Of a stretch of 64,000 nt of DNA, positions 1 to 13,900 are shown in pieces. The number at the start of each line of letters is the position of its first letter. The first letter of the stretch is position 1. Origin of the DNA: Guillardia theta CCMP2712 (lineage: Eukaryota; Protista; Cryptophyta); contig NW_005434667.1 in assembly GCF_000315625.1 (NCBI RefSeq), forward strand, positions 544,045 through 608,044. The letters run 5' to 3'. The position numbers and the translations under genes were made by a program. The notes under the pieces were generated by a model that made no database searches, was not told the origin of the DNA, and saw only the letters and a list, made by a program, of their open reading frames with translations.

Positions 1-494
1 TGTCTTCATTTACCTACCCCTTCTTTCTATACAAAGTACGGGGTATTCTGATATGAGAAATTTAAAATGCTTTCACCCTACCCTACAATTAAGACCAGAT
101 CCAGTACCCCCACCCCTCGAATTCAACACAACCCTCTCGGTCTTTGAGCGTTCATGGCAGCGGGAGGCGGGTCAGGGAGGAGATGTAGAGGGAAGAGCAA
201 GGCGTGAGATGGTTGTATGCTGTGGTTCATGATAAGAGCTAGGGGAGGACGACGCATGGTGTTTTGCTCTGACGAATGTAACGTGCCAACAGTGCTCGTA
301 ATGTCTGCCGTAATGTGCTGTTTGAAGCAAGCGCCTGCCTAAATGGAATACCCATTCCATTGCATGTTGCTGAAGTGTGTTACTCCATGCTGTTGAGATT
401 TAGAAGGAAATATGAGTGTACATTATTTGAGATCCAGAATTCTTCGGTCTGCAGCTCGTGAACTGAACGAACCGTTGACATCGCAGGCATTACA

Positions 495-1338
495 ATGCGA
501 ACGTCTGGGATCGTGTTAGCGGCATGTTTGTGCTTGGGGAGCTTGCTTGCTGTTGATGCTTTCAGCTCCGGTTCATCGTTGAACTTCAACAAGAACGTTT
601 TGTCCGCAAAGTCATCGATGGTGAGCACCACACAAGTTTTTCAGCGCATTGCTGCCATGAGCAAGAATTTCTGTATTTCTGCTCCTAACATGCTTGCGAT
701 TTGACGCGCATTGTGGAACGGCTGAGAGGAAGGTACAGTCGTGCAACAACTCTGACGTTCTGCCGTGGCAGACGAGAACGAAGAGGGTCGGATGGTCGAT
801 GATGGGGAAGCAGGCGGCGTTCGGTCCATTCAGCCCCATCGTTATTCTAGCGCGGTCGGTCGTGGGGGAGAAGCAGTTCAATCAGATTCGCGGCAAGGTG
901 AGAGGATCATGCGTTCGTCTGCGTACAAGATTTCTGACGGCAAGGGGAGCAGGGGATTACATTACACTCGCAGGCGAGCTAGTGCTGACCTGATCTGAAG
1001 AGGGTGGGTGAGCGTTGTGTTCAGGTGATCACGGAATTTTGCAATTATGCTGGCGTTCCCAAGGACAAGCGCCAGGTGTGTGTTCTTGTAGGAGGTTGAA
1101 TGGGGGATGGTAGGAAGATGGAAAGAGTAGCTGACGTGGGGGAGGGAGGTTGTGGGGAGGGGCGTCAAGAAAAGGACGGTGATATCGAGGATCATGTTCT
1201 GTGTGGAACAAACCCTGAGGGAGGAGAGCGGAGGGATGGGGGCGAGGAGAGGCGAAGGGGAGGGGAGGGTGATCCGTGCTGCAGGGCTTGATTCGTCTGG
1301 CTAAGACCAACGGCAACACGCTGGGATTCCTTTCATAA
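495..1338 (+). CDS. PGR5: Proton gradient regulation 5 protein, plastid-targeted (5 exons)
   Basis: Exons 495-620, 772-897, 953-973, 1025-1075 and 1285-1338 splice to ...FGPFSPIVILARSVVGEKQFNQIRGKGITLHSQVITEFCNYAGVPKDKRQGLIRLAKTNGNTLGFLS*, matching the PGR5 consensus (FNQLRGKAIALHSQVITEFC...QGLIRLAKKNG.LGFL). The signal peptide ends in VDA-F and is followed by a Ser-rich transit peptide. Confidence 0.93.
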
Positions 1339-1623
1339 GTCAGGATGTTGAATAAGAGGAAGGAATATAATGCAGAGCAAGGAAAAACAAGTTAGTTGCC
1401 CCAACTCGAACGATGTGCTGTCGTGGTTGATCTTCACTTCGTAGTTGAGCTTTACTGATCTCTCTCCATCTCCTCACACTCGTCCACCGACTGCACTGTG
1501 TGTGAGCGGGATGGGGACAGCGACACGGCATGCATGCTTCACCTGCGTCGTCGAAGCAGAGAAGTTTCTTCCTCTTCCAACGCCTGCGGTTTCTTGTCAG
1601 CAACTCCTCCTGCCACTCCCTCC

Positions 1624-4147
1624 TCACCCTTCGATCTTCATCGTGATGGGACGAGGCTCGTCCATAGAGCTGTCGTCGAAGTAGCACAGCATGACACAGT
1701 CCAGGACCAGCCAGTAGACTCCCATGAAGAGCCCGGAGACGAACCAGGAGAGGACAAAGACGAGGATGAGAGTAGCAACGGGGGTGGAGGAATGCAGCGC
1801 CGAGAGCTGGTCCAGGGGATCGTTCTTCATGTACAGGTAGGCGCAGGCCACGAGGAGACCGCAGATGAGGAGGCGACCCATCAGGAGGAGCATCTGGCCG
1901 ACCATGCTGACTGCCGCCATCCGGAGAATGTTGGCCATGAGAAGGGACATGGCCCTCTTGGCAGACCAGCAGAAGCTTTCCCCGTGCACGGCAGCGATGA
2001 TGAGGGCGTTCTGACTGAGGAACTCGACGAGCTTCTCCAAGCACGACAAGCAGCACTGGATGATGCAGATGAGGACGGCGACGAGCGGGAGGAGGCGGAG
2101 CTGCTTGAGCTTCTTGAGGTTGCTCTCCATGAAGAACCGCGTCATCCAGAGCAGGCCGAGGACGAGGGAGGCGAACGCAGCTGTCCCGAGATGGAAGCAG
2201 ATGAAGCGCAGCAGAGACCTGAACAGCGGGAGCCCTCTGACCTGCTCGCGCTCGTCGTCCCCTCCCTCCCTGTAGTACCAGTGGCCCACAGCTCCCGCTA
2301 TGATCATCTTGAAGCTCGAGGCGACGAAGGCGAGGGACCAGCAGGTCAGGAACACGTGCAAGACCCACAAGATCTCAGACACCTCCGAGACCTTGAAGGG
2401 CAGCGAGCTTGCGAACCCCCCGAGCATCCATCCTTTGAGGTCTGGGGCCCTTGCCGCCGACCCCGCTATCATCTCCTCAGCTCCTGTGTAGTTTCCACCG
2501 GCTCTTTCTAGCCTCGTGGAGATTCCCAGCTGCCATCCCTGGATAGCCATAGTGGAGTTGGCAGAGTACAGGACGCACAACCTGCCGGCCTCCTGGAAGG
2601 AGAGCGAGTGCGAGAAGGTCCGTGAGTTGACGGTGACGTTGAGGGGGTTGGAGGACAGCAGAGTTTGCATGCAGCTGTCTTTCTCGGTTGGCGAGATGAC
2701 AAGCTTCTCGTAGGTCCCGAGCACGACATCGTAGCGCGAGGAGCTCAGCAGGAACAGGCCAAGCAAGCCGGACCAGGCGTAGAGGAGGAGAACCGAGACC
2801 AGAAGGGAGAGAGGGAAGAAGGCAAGCGAGGGCATGTCCGTCACGGCTCGAGCGCCCTCCTCGATGAGCCGCACAGCGACCATCATTCTCTGACAGAAGG
2901 CGATGAGGAGGAGGAGGACCATCCCGCTGATGATGGTAAAGACGATAGCAAAGATCTGAGACGCGAACGGGGAGAGTTTCAACGAGCTCGCAGGAATTCC
3001 CAGCTGCCTTGACACAGCGTCGGAGCTGGAGAACATCCCGGCTCTCCGCCACGCAAGATAGGAGGCGTAGATGGAACCCAGGAGGAGGGAGACAATAAGA
3101 AAGACGACGAAGTATCGGGCCCAAACCCTGAGGAAGAGAAGCCAGAGGAAGCAGAGGATGACAAGGCCCACAGCACACAAAACCATCACCCTCCAAGTCG
3201 TCTGGAGCTCTGAGATGATATCGCCAAGGAGCCCCACAGGAGAAGCGATGAACTGGTTGGCTAACGTGTAGGCAACTGCGCTGGAAGCGAAGCCTATTCT
3301 CGAGGCCTCCCGCAGATCCTTGGGAGCGAGAGGAACGCACTTCCAAAGGATGTTTATGCTTGGGTACGTCGGGAAGAAGCAGGAGGAGTTGTGCTTGTCG
3401 GTGGTGAGGCAGTTTGTCTGCTTCGTCTCCGAGGATAGCACACCCCTGTAGAGGCCCAGGGAGATAGAGAGCGACGGGTCGTCGGACAACGTGCTGGGAC
3501 AACGCGATACGCAGAAGCGCCTGCTCAAGGGGTTGACGGGGTCGGGGAAGTAAACGTTAGGTTTTCCTGCCTCCCTCCCTGTCCCGCAGGTCTCGCCGGT
3601 GACCGAGTCTGTCCCGAAGATCAGCCTGCGAGGATCGTTGCAGCTTGAGGGACATCCTTCAGTTGCAAGCACCCAGAACATGAGCAGCCACACCACCCAC
3701 GCGATGACGAACAAGGCGAAACAAGCGACATCTCGACACCTGTGCGACCAGGTTACATGTCTCAACCACAGACAGCCAGAGGAGGGGGCAAGACATGAGG
3801 GAAACAGTCGAGGAGAGTCGAAGGTGAAAGATGCAACCAAACCACAGGAGTATCCACAAACATCTTGTCACATGAACTCACTTGCGAGGCTTCGCCATTG
3901 GACCACAGCCATCTGGTCTCAACGCTCCTGCACAGCAGCCGTACTCGCAACTCGGCAGCACACAACAAGACTTCTCGCCATGGTCGGGACCAGCTCCTCT
4001 GTTGCTTCTTGACTCTGAGTGCGAAAGGTCCTTTTCCCTGTCTGTCGTATCTTCCTGCGAGGAGCCTGAACTCTCCCCACCCTCATCCCCGGAAGGGTCT
4101 GACGCGCTCGAGTGCCGGCGCTCACGAGCGTCCAGTGCTTCACTCAT
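1624..4147 (-). CDS. Choline transporter-like (CTL/SLC44) membrane protein
   Basis: An upstream exon from ATG 4147 joins via intron 3741-3881 to give PRKCRDVACFALF. Family motifs present: GTDS..G.TCG, CVSRCP, AGAVGHWYY, FHLGTAAFASL, NALIIAAVHGESFCWSAKRA. About 10 TM segments. The 5' end is uncertain, and the 3' end may continue past 1624 through a GTGAG donor. Confidence 0.85.
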
Positions 4148-5315
4148 GTTGGTGCTCCACAAGCTCGAACGCCAAATCTGATCGAGCGGGGGCGCGGATG
4201 GTGCGAGGTCTGACCTGTCCGCATTCGAGTCTGGGCGGGGGGCGGGGAGCCCATTCTTGTACCTGTTCAGGACAAATGCATCAGGATGAGCAACTAGTCA
4301 GATCAGGATGACGAGGAAGGTGGGATCCTTCAAGGCACGAAAGGAGCCTCGAAAATGAGGTTCAACTATCGTCAAGGTCTTACAGCTTCTCGAGCTTCGA
4401 TCTGAACCTGTTGTCCGAAGGAGGGTTTGTCCGAGCTCCGTCGCCCTCGTCCTCGTCTACAGCTGAGCTCTTAGCACTTCCATGTGCTGGGGAGATCAGC
4501 TGCGAGAAAAAAGCATGACCGCGCGCGGTAACCTCGATATGAAATACCTCGTTATCGATTTCAATCGCTCGACGCCCGTTCGGCATCAGGCAGATCAAAT
4601 TTAGTATCTATGAGAAATCTTGGCCGGCATTCCATTCTTGCGCATTATGCACCTGATCGAAGAGGACAACAACGTGAACAACTGTCTATTGTAGCATGCA
4701 CGGGACAGCATAGGACTCATCATGAAAAAAGGCTACGATTCAAAAGAAACGAATCTAGCCGCGAATGTTGAAGTGTTCTCCTGTCTTTCCATGATTCATG
4801 CTCTGTGTTGCTTTTGCATTCATGTGCATCTCCTCCTGCCATCTATCGTCCTCTTGCTCTGTGCTGCCCCCCTAATTCCTCCATGAAAGTGTGTTCCCCA
4901 GCTCTATCAAACTGAAACTATCAAACCGTTACGCACCGTTACAATCACTAGTCAGTGCGAGCCCGGCCATCACTGCTAGCATCACATTTCTTACGACTAT
5001 GGGGGGTGGCCCCAACAGAAGGGAGGAGAGGAGAGGAGAGGAGAGGAGAAGAATATGCAGGCGAAGCGAGACGTAGACAGATGGGACAAGACTCAGATAG
5101 AGGGAGCAAAGCGGAGGGTTGTAGATGCCAGGGTAGAGTAGGTGAATATTGTGACATGGCCCCAAATCGTAGGCGAGAGAATTTCCCTGACGATATGAGG
5201 ATCCACAACACGTTGATGAGTTCCAACTGACTGATAGCTTCTCAGATCCGTTCGGAGTCAAAACTAGATGAATTGAAACATTGTTTACTTGTTACTTTGT
5301 CTCGTTTTTTATCCA

Positions 5316-7192
5316 ATGCACAACAAACTCCTCGTCGTTTTCTTGTGTTCAGGCCTTGAACTGGCACACGGCTTCAGCTTGACTTCAGGAACAGTGTTCC
5401 AGCGTAGAGGAGGGCTCCAGCTATCCAAATCATCATCATGTCAGCAACGGTCGAGCATTCCGAGCCTGGCAATGTCGATTAGAGAAGGGAAGATAGAGGT
5501 CGGGGTGTCCGATGAAGTACAGAATGTGGGACGGGGCCGGCTTCTAGCAAAGGATGATGCGATCAAGGAGGTGTCAGGAAAGGTTCAAGGGCTGTACGAT
5601 GCGTATCCGTATCCGCCTGAAGCTGTCTTTGATGGAGTCACGTGCGGCTACAACCATCGCTGGTCGTATACACACGCGTACAACTTCGTGCACGGTCATG
5701 CACCGGTGAGCAACGAGATCGAGATTCTGGATGCAGGATGCGGGACTGGAGTCACTGCTCAGTACCTCTCACACCTTAACCCCCGTGCGAAGCATTTTGA
5801 CGCTCTCGATCTATCGGCAGAAGCGCTCAAGGTTGCGAAGGAGAGGGCAGAAAGAGCTTTCCTGGTCGGAAATCCGAACAACGCGCAGTTTCACCACATG
5901 AGCTTGTATGATGTTGCAAAGCTCGACCGTACCTACGACTTCATCAACTGCGTGGGAGTTCTTCACCATCTCCCCGATCCTGTCAAGGGCCTGAGAGCGC
6001 TCTGTGAGCGCTTGAAACCAGGAGGCATCATGCACATCTTCGTTTACTCGGCGCTGGGTCGACGGGAGATCATGTTGATGCAGGAAGCCCTGGCGCTGCT
6101 GCAGGTATCTCTGTCCGTGATGAAGGCTTTGATGACGCCCCAGTATGGTTCAGGGGGGGGAGTGTAACTTCAAGGAAGGAGTCGCGCTGGGACGGGAGGT
6201 GTTCAAGGCCCTTCCTGATTCGAGCAGGATCAAGACGCGCGAGAAAGAGAGGTGAAACATGTCCCCTTGCCCTCGCTGTCTCCTGCTCCTCCTCGTGTGC
6301 ATGTCCTGGTGATACTCGGGGAGGTGGGCGATGGAGAATGAGAGAGACTCCACGTTTGCGGACATGTACCTGCACCCGCAGGAAGTCGATTACACGGTGA
6401 AGGCTCGCTGTGCTGGGGCTTGATCATCATGACTGGATCCCCTCAGGTTCCATCGCTGATGCAGTGGATCGACACGGTGAGCGATCTCGATATCAAGTTC
6501 GCTGGCTTCAGGTGCTTCGTACTGTTGACCTGCAGCTGCGATCTGAGAGTTTGGCCAGCAACCCCAAGCTGTGGAAGCTTGACAGGCTCCTCGGAGGTGC
6601 TCCAGATGCTCTGGCCCGGGCCAAGAAACTTTCGCAAGAGCAGCAGTACCGTCTTGTAGAGTTGCTGGATCCCGACACCTTCACGTGAGTACAGCCGGGC
6701 CTGACGATGCCCTGTGGTCTCTCATCCGCGCTCGCAGTCATTACGAGTTCTTCCTGGTCAAGGGGGACGTGAAGAGGAAAGACTGGCGAGAGGTCAGCGA
6801 CGAGGAGTTCTACTCCGCCAAAGCCATCCGTCAAGCAGGGATTCAGCCATGGCCCGCCGACCGAGTCTTCGACCAGGTTCGGATGCGACAGGATCTTGTT
6901 CCCCTCCAGCTTACTTGGCCCAACTCCAGGACTACAACCTTGTGCAGTTCACCGATGCAGAGTACGCCTTCCTCCAACTCTGCGCGCAGGATCCAACGGT
7001 GGAGACGGTGAGGGGCGGGCGAGGAGGGAGGTGTACGTCGGAGGTCTAACCCTGTCGCAGTTCGAGTACGAGGAGGTGGAGGAGCCGCAGGCAGTCAAGG
7101 ACATCGTTGCCAAGATGGACTCTCCGATCACCAAGGAGGAGATCCTGCGCTTGCTCGACCTTGAGTTTCTCTTTCTCCAGCCTAGCAAGTGA
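5316..7192 (+). CDS. Class I SAM-dependent methyltransferase, cyanobacterial type, predicted plastid-targeted (multi-exon)
   Basis: Signal peptide ...AHG-F plus a Ser/Arg-rich transit peptide. Motifs LYDAYPYPPE, ILDAGCGTG, FINCVGVLHHLPDP and PGGIMHIFVY. Later exons give REKERWAMENERDSTFADMYLHPQEVDY, YRLVELLDP and HYEFFL. Stop at 7190-7192. Confidence 0.85.
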
Positions 7193-7324
7193 TAGTGAAC
7201 TTGAATCTTTGAACCCGGCGTTAACCTTGAACCGTGTGCCACCCAATCCTTGAATCCCGGCCGCGATTGAATGACATGACTGGGGCAGTGACGGAGGAGG
7301 AGTGGATCTTCAAGCAGTACTCGG

Positions 7325-7445
7325 CAGTGAACCCCCGGGCCCCGGCGGACTCGGAGTCACGGGCCCCGTCAGTGCCGCCGCCGCGCGCGGCGAGCCTCCG
7401 AGAGTCACGGGCCCGGGCCCGTCACGGCGTGACTCTCAGCTGAGC
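7325..7445. promoter_or_regulatory. CCGG/GAGTC-rich GC island upstream of the RPGRIP1L-like gene
   Basis: Very GC-rich, with repeated CCCGGGCCC palindromes and two copies of GAGTCACGGG. Similar islands occur elsewhere in the window. The regulatory role is inferred from position only. Confidence 0.35.
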
Positions 7446-7967
7446 ACGAACTTGATGATTGATGCCTCATCCCCACTATTCCCGCCATTTCAAATTGAAT
7501 ACCCCTACCCCAGTATTACCGGGGACTCTAGAATGTACGGGTGTTTTGATCTAATCGGATTGCTTTACCAGGTAGGGTACTGAATATACCCGTTCTAGTT
7601 AGCTGATACTTATTTAAATTTCCAGGTAGGGTTAAACAATTCTGTCGACGATCCTCAGGTAGGGTAGTACAAAGGGTACTTTTAGAGGGTGGGTGGGGTC
7701 ATCTGAACAAACTCTCCCGCCCTTGCCAATGCCGTAGGTAAGCGCTTGTTGATTCCATGGAAGGCAGAGGTGAAGATGCGGGTCGAGAGAGATGATGCGA
7801 GGATGGAAGAGAAGATGTGAGGAAGAAGAGAAGATGTGAGGAGATGGGGTGCAGCAGAGGAACTTGTGAGGGAGGGGAGGGAGGGAAGCAGCATTCCACA
7901 CGCCATGGAATCTAACCGATCAGCGCAGGTGTCCTGATTCTGCTTTCTTCACAGTAGGACGGTCAAC

Positions 7968-10900
7968 ATGGAGACTAAGTCATGGGACGATATATTAATT
8001 CACGAGAAGGAGGAGAACAAACGCTTGTACCAACAGAAGAAAGATCTTGCAGAAAGGGAAAAGAACCTCGCAGCTCGGATTGCTCTGCTGAGCGAACAGA
8101 AGAAGTCACTGGATGATGGCAAATCTGTGGACGCCGTCAGCAGAGACAGCAAAGTCATCGCTCTGCAGGACAAACTCGCTGCCCTCACTCAACAACAGAA
8201 AGAGTTGGAGCTGAAGCTCAGCGCTGCGCAGAGGAAGTCTCTTCCTGCAACCCCTGAGGGTAAGAAACGACCTGCTTCAGCTGGTGCGCACAAGCAGGCC
8301 GCGCCAGCGCAAGCCATGGCGCAAGGAGATCCACATGATGCGAGGTTTGTGATCAATGACCTGAAGCAAAAGATCTTGCAGACGAACATCCAGATCAAGA
8401 ATTTGGAGGAGGAGAAAGCCATGGCAGACCTTGATTCGACACTCAACCTGTATTCCAACAATGCGTTGTCCAACGAGAATGACCTCAAGGAATTCGAGAG
8501 GTTGAAAGAAGAGCTCAAGAACAGAGAGGCAAAGTACATCCTGGCAAAGAGCAGGTTCGACTCGCTGGACCAAGAGTACAAAGAGTACTTGGAGAAGCAT
8601 AAGGAGTTGATGAACCAGGCCGACGACGTCCAGAAGCAGATCATGGACCAGCAGAAGCAGCAACGCGCAGTCGAGGCTCAAATCAAGCAGCTGAAACTTC
8701 GTCGAGACCACGAGACGGACCTGAAGAGCATACTGGAGGACATGAAGGAAGAGCTGTCCCTTCTCAAGGAGGAGAATCAGAAGCTGAAGGAAGACAGCAT
8801 GAGTGGTGAGTCAATCATCGCGCAGTCGGAAGTTCAATCCAAGGAGGTGGTGAAGCTGCAAGAAGAGAACGAGACCCTGCTGCAGAGCATCAAGGACAAT
8901 CAAACACGGGCGGAAGAGCTGAAGACGCAGCTGGCCGATGCCAAGGAGATTCAGTCAAAGCTTGCTAAAGAAGTGAAGGCGCGAGAGAAGGAGATGATGG
9001 AGATGATGAAGACGCACGAGTCCTTGACCAACTCCCTGCGAGAATTCATGCAATCAGCAGAGGAGGGGAAGGATGCGGCAGACCTGCTCCATAACAGTTC
9101 GATCATTCCCGGTAGCTCAGAGAAGCCCACCAAGGCGCAGGTATGTTCCATTGCTTACTACGATCTGTTCGCTGATGCACTGATTAGGAGGAAGAGGGAG
9201 CGTTGAGGGCTCTTGAGCAAGTGATGGAGCATGTAGAGGCCAAGGGGATGCGCCCGTCAACGCTCTTTACGGGATGGGATGACAATTCCGATGGTTTCGT
9301 ATCCCAGGAGATTTTTGTGGAAGGGATGATGGCGTTGCGAGCTGGTCTACAGAGAGAGGAAGTTCGACGACTGTTCAAGAAGTATCTGAGCAATGCAGAG
9401 AGGTCAGAGTTGTCGGAAGACGAATTCCACAAGATGATGCAAGACGGTGAAGAGGCGCTTGCAAGGAAGAAAGAAGCAGCCGCGGGTGGTGGAGAGGACG
9501 TGAACAGGCTGAAAGCAGAAATCAGGAAATTGAGGGCTGTCAATGGCCAACTTCTTCAAGAGAAGGTTTGTTTCTTCACGGCGACGATCGCATTGAAGTG
9601 TGCCGAACAGGATGAGATGTTTCAGAAGCTGAAGGAAGCCGACAGAATGAGGAAGTCCACGGTATGTTGTTGACGGCGATGAGATGGAATCTTGATGAGC
9701 TCCTGATGTGATGTGACGACTATGACGATTCTTCTGTACCGCATCGTCCCTTGAGCATCGGCCATGCTGAATGGTCCTCTCCAGGTCAAGAGCGGAGAGC
9801 TGGAGAGCGCTGAGAGGCTTCGAGACCTGCAAACTCGTCAAGTCGGCGTCCGATGCTGAAGAGTTAGACCTGACTGGAGGTGCAGGCGGCGGAGATCAGG
9901 AAACTCGAAGAAGAGCTGTCGCTGGCCAGGTACAACGAGAAAGATCTCGAGCGACTTGTCGAGGCTCGCAACCTTTCGGAGTCTCACGACAAGACCTCTG
10001 CCTCTTTGTCCAGCAAGAAGACCAACTGTTTGGTGAGAAAGAGCTCAGGGAGTGCAAGACAGAGACAGAGAAACGAGTCAGAGAGAGGGAGAGGGAGGTA
10101 GGGTCTGGGGAGGGTCTGGGGAGGAAGATGAGGGTGAAATGTGTACAGCCTTGGGGAGGAGGAGGAGGAGAAGAAGAAGAAGAGGATGGGAGGGTGTGAC
10201 GGACACCTCCAGATCCTCAACTTGTCCTCGTTCAAGCTGGAGGAATGGAAGGACGAGGAGCCCACAACCTTCTTCTCCATCGACTTCTTCGCGCATGAGA
10301 CGCAAGTGACCAACCCCGTTACCGGCCTTGAAGTGAGCTTGGGATGGAGCCGTGAGTTCGAGCTGGAGGTCGACGACGTCTTCCTTGAGTACGTGGAGAG
10401 AGAGTCGATCATCCTCGACCTCATGAGGAGGACGAGTGGTGAAGTTCCCTTCTCCCGCATGGCGTCGGCTGATGTTCGCCTCGCCCCGCTCATGGAGGAT
10501 GCTGGCATCCTGAACCAACGTCTTGAACTCTTCGGCATTGACGGAAAGAAACTTGGCTACGTCGTTGTGAACATCCGCATGAAGGACTCCATCGCTCCCC
10601 TCGTGGCCTCCTATCGTAGAATCAAAGACAGGACCTCAGAAGCCGCGAGCATGGAAGCTGCCGCCTTCTTCCGCCACATCTCTGTTCCTCTGGACCAAAT
10701 CGTCCTCAACGTCATCGTCGTGCGCTGCCAAGGGCTGCGGTCCTCTCGCTACGGCGTTCTGCCATGGCCGTACGTACAGTACGAGCTTCCAGGGTCAGGG
10801 GAGGACCCGCACACGACCAAGACGGTGGAGAAGGAAGGAAACCCCGTCTACGAGGACAGGAGGAGCTGGAGGTTGAAGAGCCCTGCGACTGCGTTCGCAC

Positions 10901-13900
10901 TGCGAGACCTCGAGCTGGAGGTCTTCGTGTTTGATGACAATGAGACAGACGACCTGCAGGTACGTCGAACACTCACGATCCTTCCACTCCCTCTCCTGCT
11001 CCCTGCCCTTCGTGTGCCTCTTCCTCCTTCGGTCGCTGGCTACCATTTCCTGCGATCTGCTCGTCTCTGGCACTTTATATCTCTTGTTTTGGATTTGCTG
11101 CCTCACTCGCCTTGCAGGCGTTCGTCGGGCTAGCGAAAGTCAGTCTGGCCCAGCTCTTCCAACAGGACAGCCCCAAGATCGATGGAGATTTTCGGCTGCA
11201 AGACAGCAGAGGAGCGGAGAATGGCACGATTTCCTTGCAGATCTCCTGGTCCAGAAGCGAGACCTCCTCCCCTGCCCCTTTTCCCGTTGAGGGCTCCGAG
11301 AAGAAGGCAGCTCCGAAAGAAGCGTCCCCGCAGGATAGCATGAAAAAGTTCTTCGATCTGATATCAAGAAGAGGACAGGATCACCTCAAGTCTTTCGATG
11401 AGATCGATGCGAAGAAGGACGGCATAATAGACGAAGACGAGTTCATGGCGGAGATGGAGAAGCATTCCTCCTCGATCTCAAAGTCGGAGGTGACGGCAAC
11501 CCTAAACTGCCATTTCCTCCTCGTTCTCCTTAGATCTTCCCATTGAGCTCCTCCAACCTACTCCGTGCTCAGTCTCACTCCGCTCGCAGGCAAAGAGTCT
11601 CTTCCAACACATGCGCGAGAGACGAGGAGCGATCGATGTGGCAAGCTGGCACTTGAATAGCCTTCCTACCCTCAAGACTGCGATTATCACAGCTAATCCC
11701 CCTGAGATAGAAGGAAACATTGTCTTCCTCCTCAAGAATTTATCGGTTTGTCTCTTTTCCTCTGATTTCCCCTACTTCACAACCTCACCATGTTCCCTCC
11801 TCTTTCAAGTGTCATTCTGACTTGCCTACCAGTTCAACACAGACTTGCTTTCAGTTTGCGACCTCTTGAAGTTTGAGGTTGAGGTTTCGAGACTTGAAGA
11901 CAGAAAGCAGACAAGTCGGGTCTACGAGACACCCTCACGTGACAAGTCGCTCTCGACGTTCGAGAAGTTTGCGATCAGAGTCGGCCAGGAGCAGGTGAGC
12001 AGCGGCAGACGCTTTTGCTGTTTTGATCTTAAGGCTGTCCAGGATGTTGTGACGAGGCTGGAGCCGATCTTCTCTCAGAGTTCAACGTCGGAAGTTCACC
12101 TCACCCTCGCGGTGAAAGGGGTGACTTTCGATCGTGTGCTACAAGAGAAGCAAGTGCTGGCAACCTGCAGGCTCGACCTCAAGAAGCTTTGGAGGGAAGG
12201 GAAGGACCGAGAAGAGCTCGCGAGCCCTGTACGCTCCTCTCTCCCCTCGGGGCTCTGTTGACTCATGGCTCACCAGATCATGGATGCAAGGCAGCATGAG
12301 GTTGGGACTGTAAGGGGCTCGCTCTATCTGATGCAGGTGCTCACCTCCTTCCTCCTCCCTTCCTCCTCCTCTCCTGTCTTGTCCCATCCTTGAGTCTTGT
12401 AGGTGACTTGCTGCCGCAGCCCCTGTCCAAGATCGAGAAGCTGGTCACAAAGGCAGCAGAGGCCGAGCAAAAGGCTGCGAAACAGAGCGTGTCCTCCTCC
12501 TTCTCCAAGCTGAAGCCAGGCACCGGCCATATCCAGCTCCAGCTCCAGCAGATCAGTCTGCAGGATCCCTCTGACCCAGCGATCAAGGAGGCAGGGGCGA
12601 ACTTGTGCGTCTCTGCCAACTTCTTCGACCTGCAGACAGCAGAGGAGGAATGGAAACAGCGATCCTCCTCCTTCGACCTGGTGAGCTCAGGCGAGCCTGT
12701 GCTTGGCAGCTCTGATCCGCCTCCTTCAGCCGCAGTCTCTCCATCTGAACCACATGATCGAATTTCCCATCGACGCAGAGCACAACGAGAGTCACCTGAA
12801 CTACTTCGTGCGCTGCTTGAAAGCAGATGAGGACAGAGACAGGGGAGCGATCAAGGTCCTGCTGCTCAACAGCCCCAAGGACGGTGGAGAGGAAGGAGGC
12901 GAAGCTGCCAAGGTGCTGGCTGTCTCTCAGCTCTCCATCTTCGACCTCCTTCACCTTCGGCCGGAGGACAACCAGGTCGGTCAAGTCCGACGTGTCCCTG
13001 ATCGCTGACCGCGAGCTAGCAGGAGTTGAAGTGCAGCGCAAGGCTGCTGGAGCCAAAGACGTCCAGAGTCATGGGAGAGGTGGTGGCGACCTTGAAGTTG
13101 CAGAACCTGAACATATTCAACTTCACGAGTTGCACTTTCAGCCCCCATGACCTGGAGAGGCACGTGGGCATCTTGCTGAAGAGTGTTGCTCTTCGCCCCA
13201 GCGCGCATGTCAGGGACGTGGAGAGAGTGAGTCTGGTCGTCGATCTTGAAGGTTGCGCGAGTTACAGGTCAAAGGCTGTGTTTGTCAAGGAGACGTCAGT
13301 TGACCAGGTGCTGTGGGAGGCATCGTAATGCTGCTGACGTCACGTCAGAAACTGCGAGAGAGATTGTCTCTGAATGAGAAGATCCTGGTTGACGTGGACA
13401 AGTATCCTCTGATCAGCTCGAAGCTCGCCGCAGGGAGGAGGATGGAAGTCAACATCACGTTGATCAGCGCCAGCGATTCATCCGTCGTTGCCGAACTCCA
13501 CGAGACCTCACTGGTGCTGTCGGCGGAGCTCGCAATGGACGCGTTTGACCTGTTTGGTATCAGAGTCTGGAGCAAGACCTGCGTGACCGCGAGTTCGAGC
13601 TGAAGGACAAGGCCGGGCAAGTAGCTGCTATTTGCAAGATCGACTGGTTGGCCGACAAGGCTGTGCCGGTGAGTGTTGGAGTGACGCTGAAAGTTCTTGA
13701 CGAGTCAGCAGGCTGCGGGCAAGGTTGAGGTCCCGACGAGCAAGCTCGGTTTCACCTTGAAATCTGTGATGACGAACAACCCGCCATGGCCTCGCTCACA
13801 TGTTTACAGCTGTCGTTGGAGAGCGGCGACCAGTCCAAGAGCGAGGAGGTGGAAGACGTTGTGGTTGAGCTGAAGGTGGTGGGAGAGGTCAGCTGAAGCT

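Noticed and set aside
1340-3502. Long overlapping ORFs (1340-2368, 1498-2511, 2477-3502)
   Set aside because: Shadow frames of the GC3-rich CTL coding sequence.
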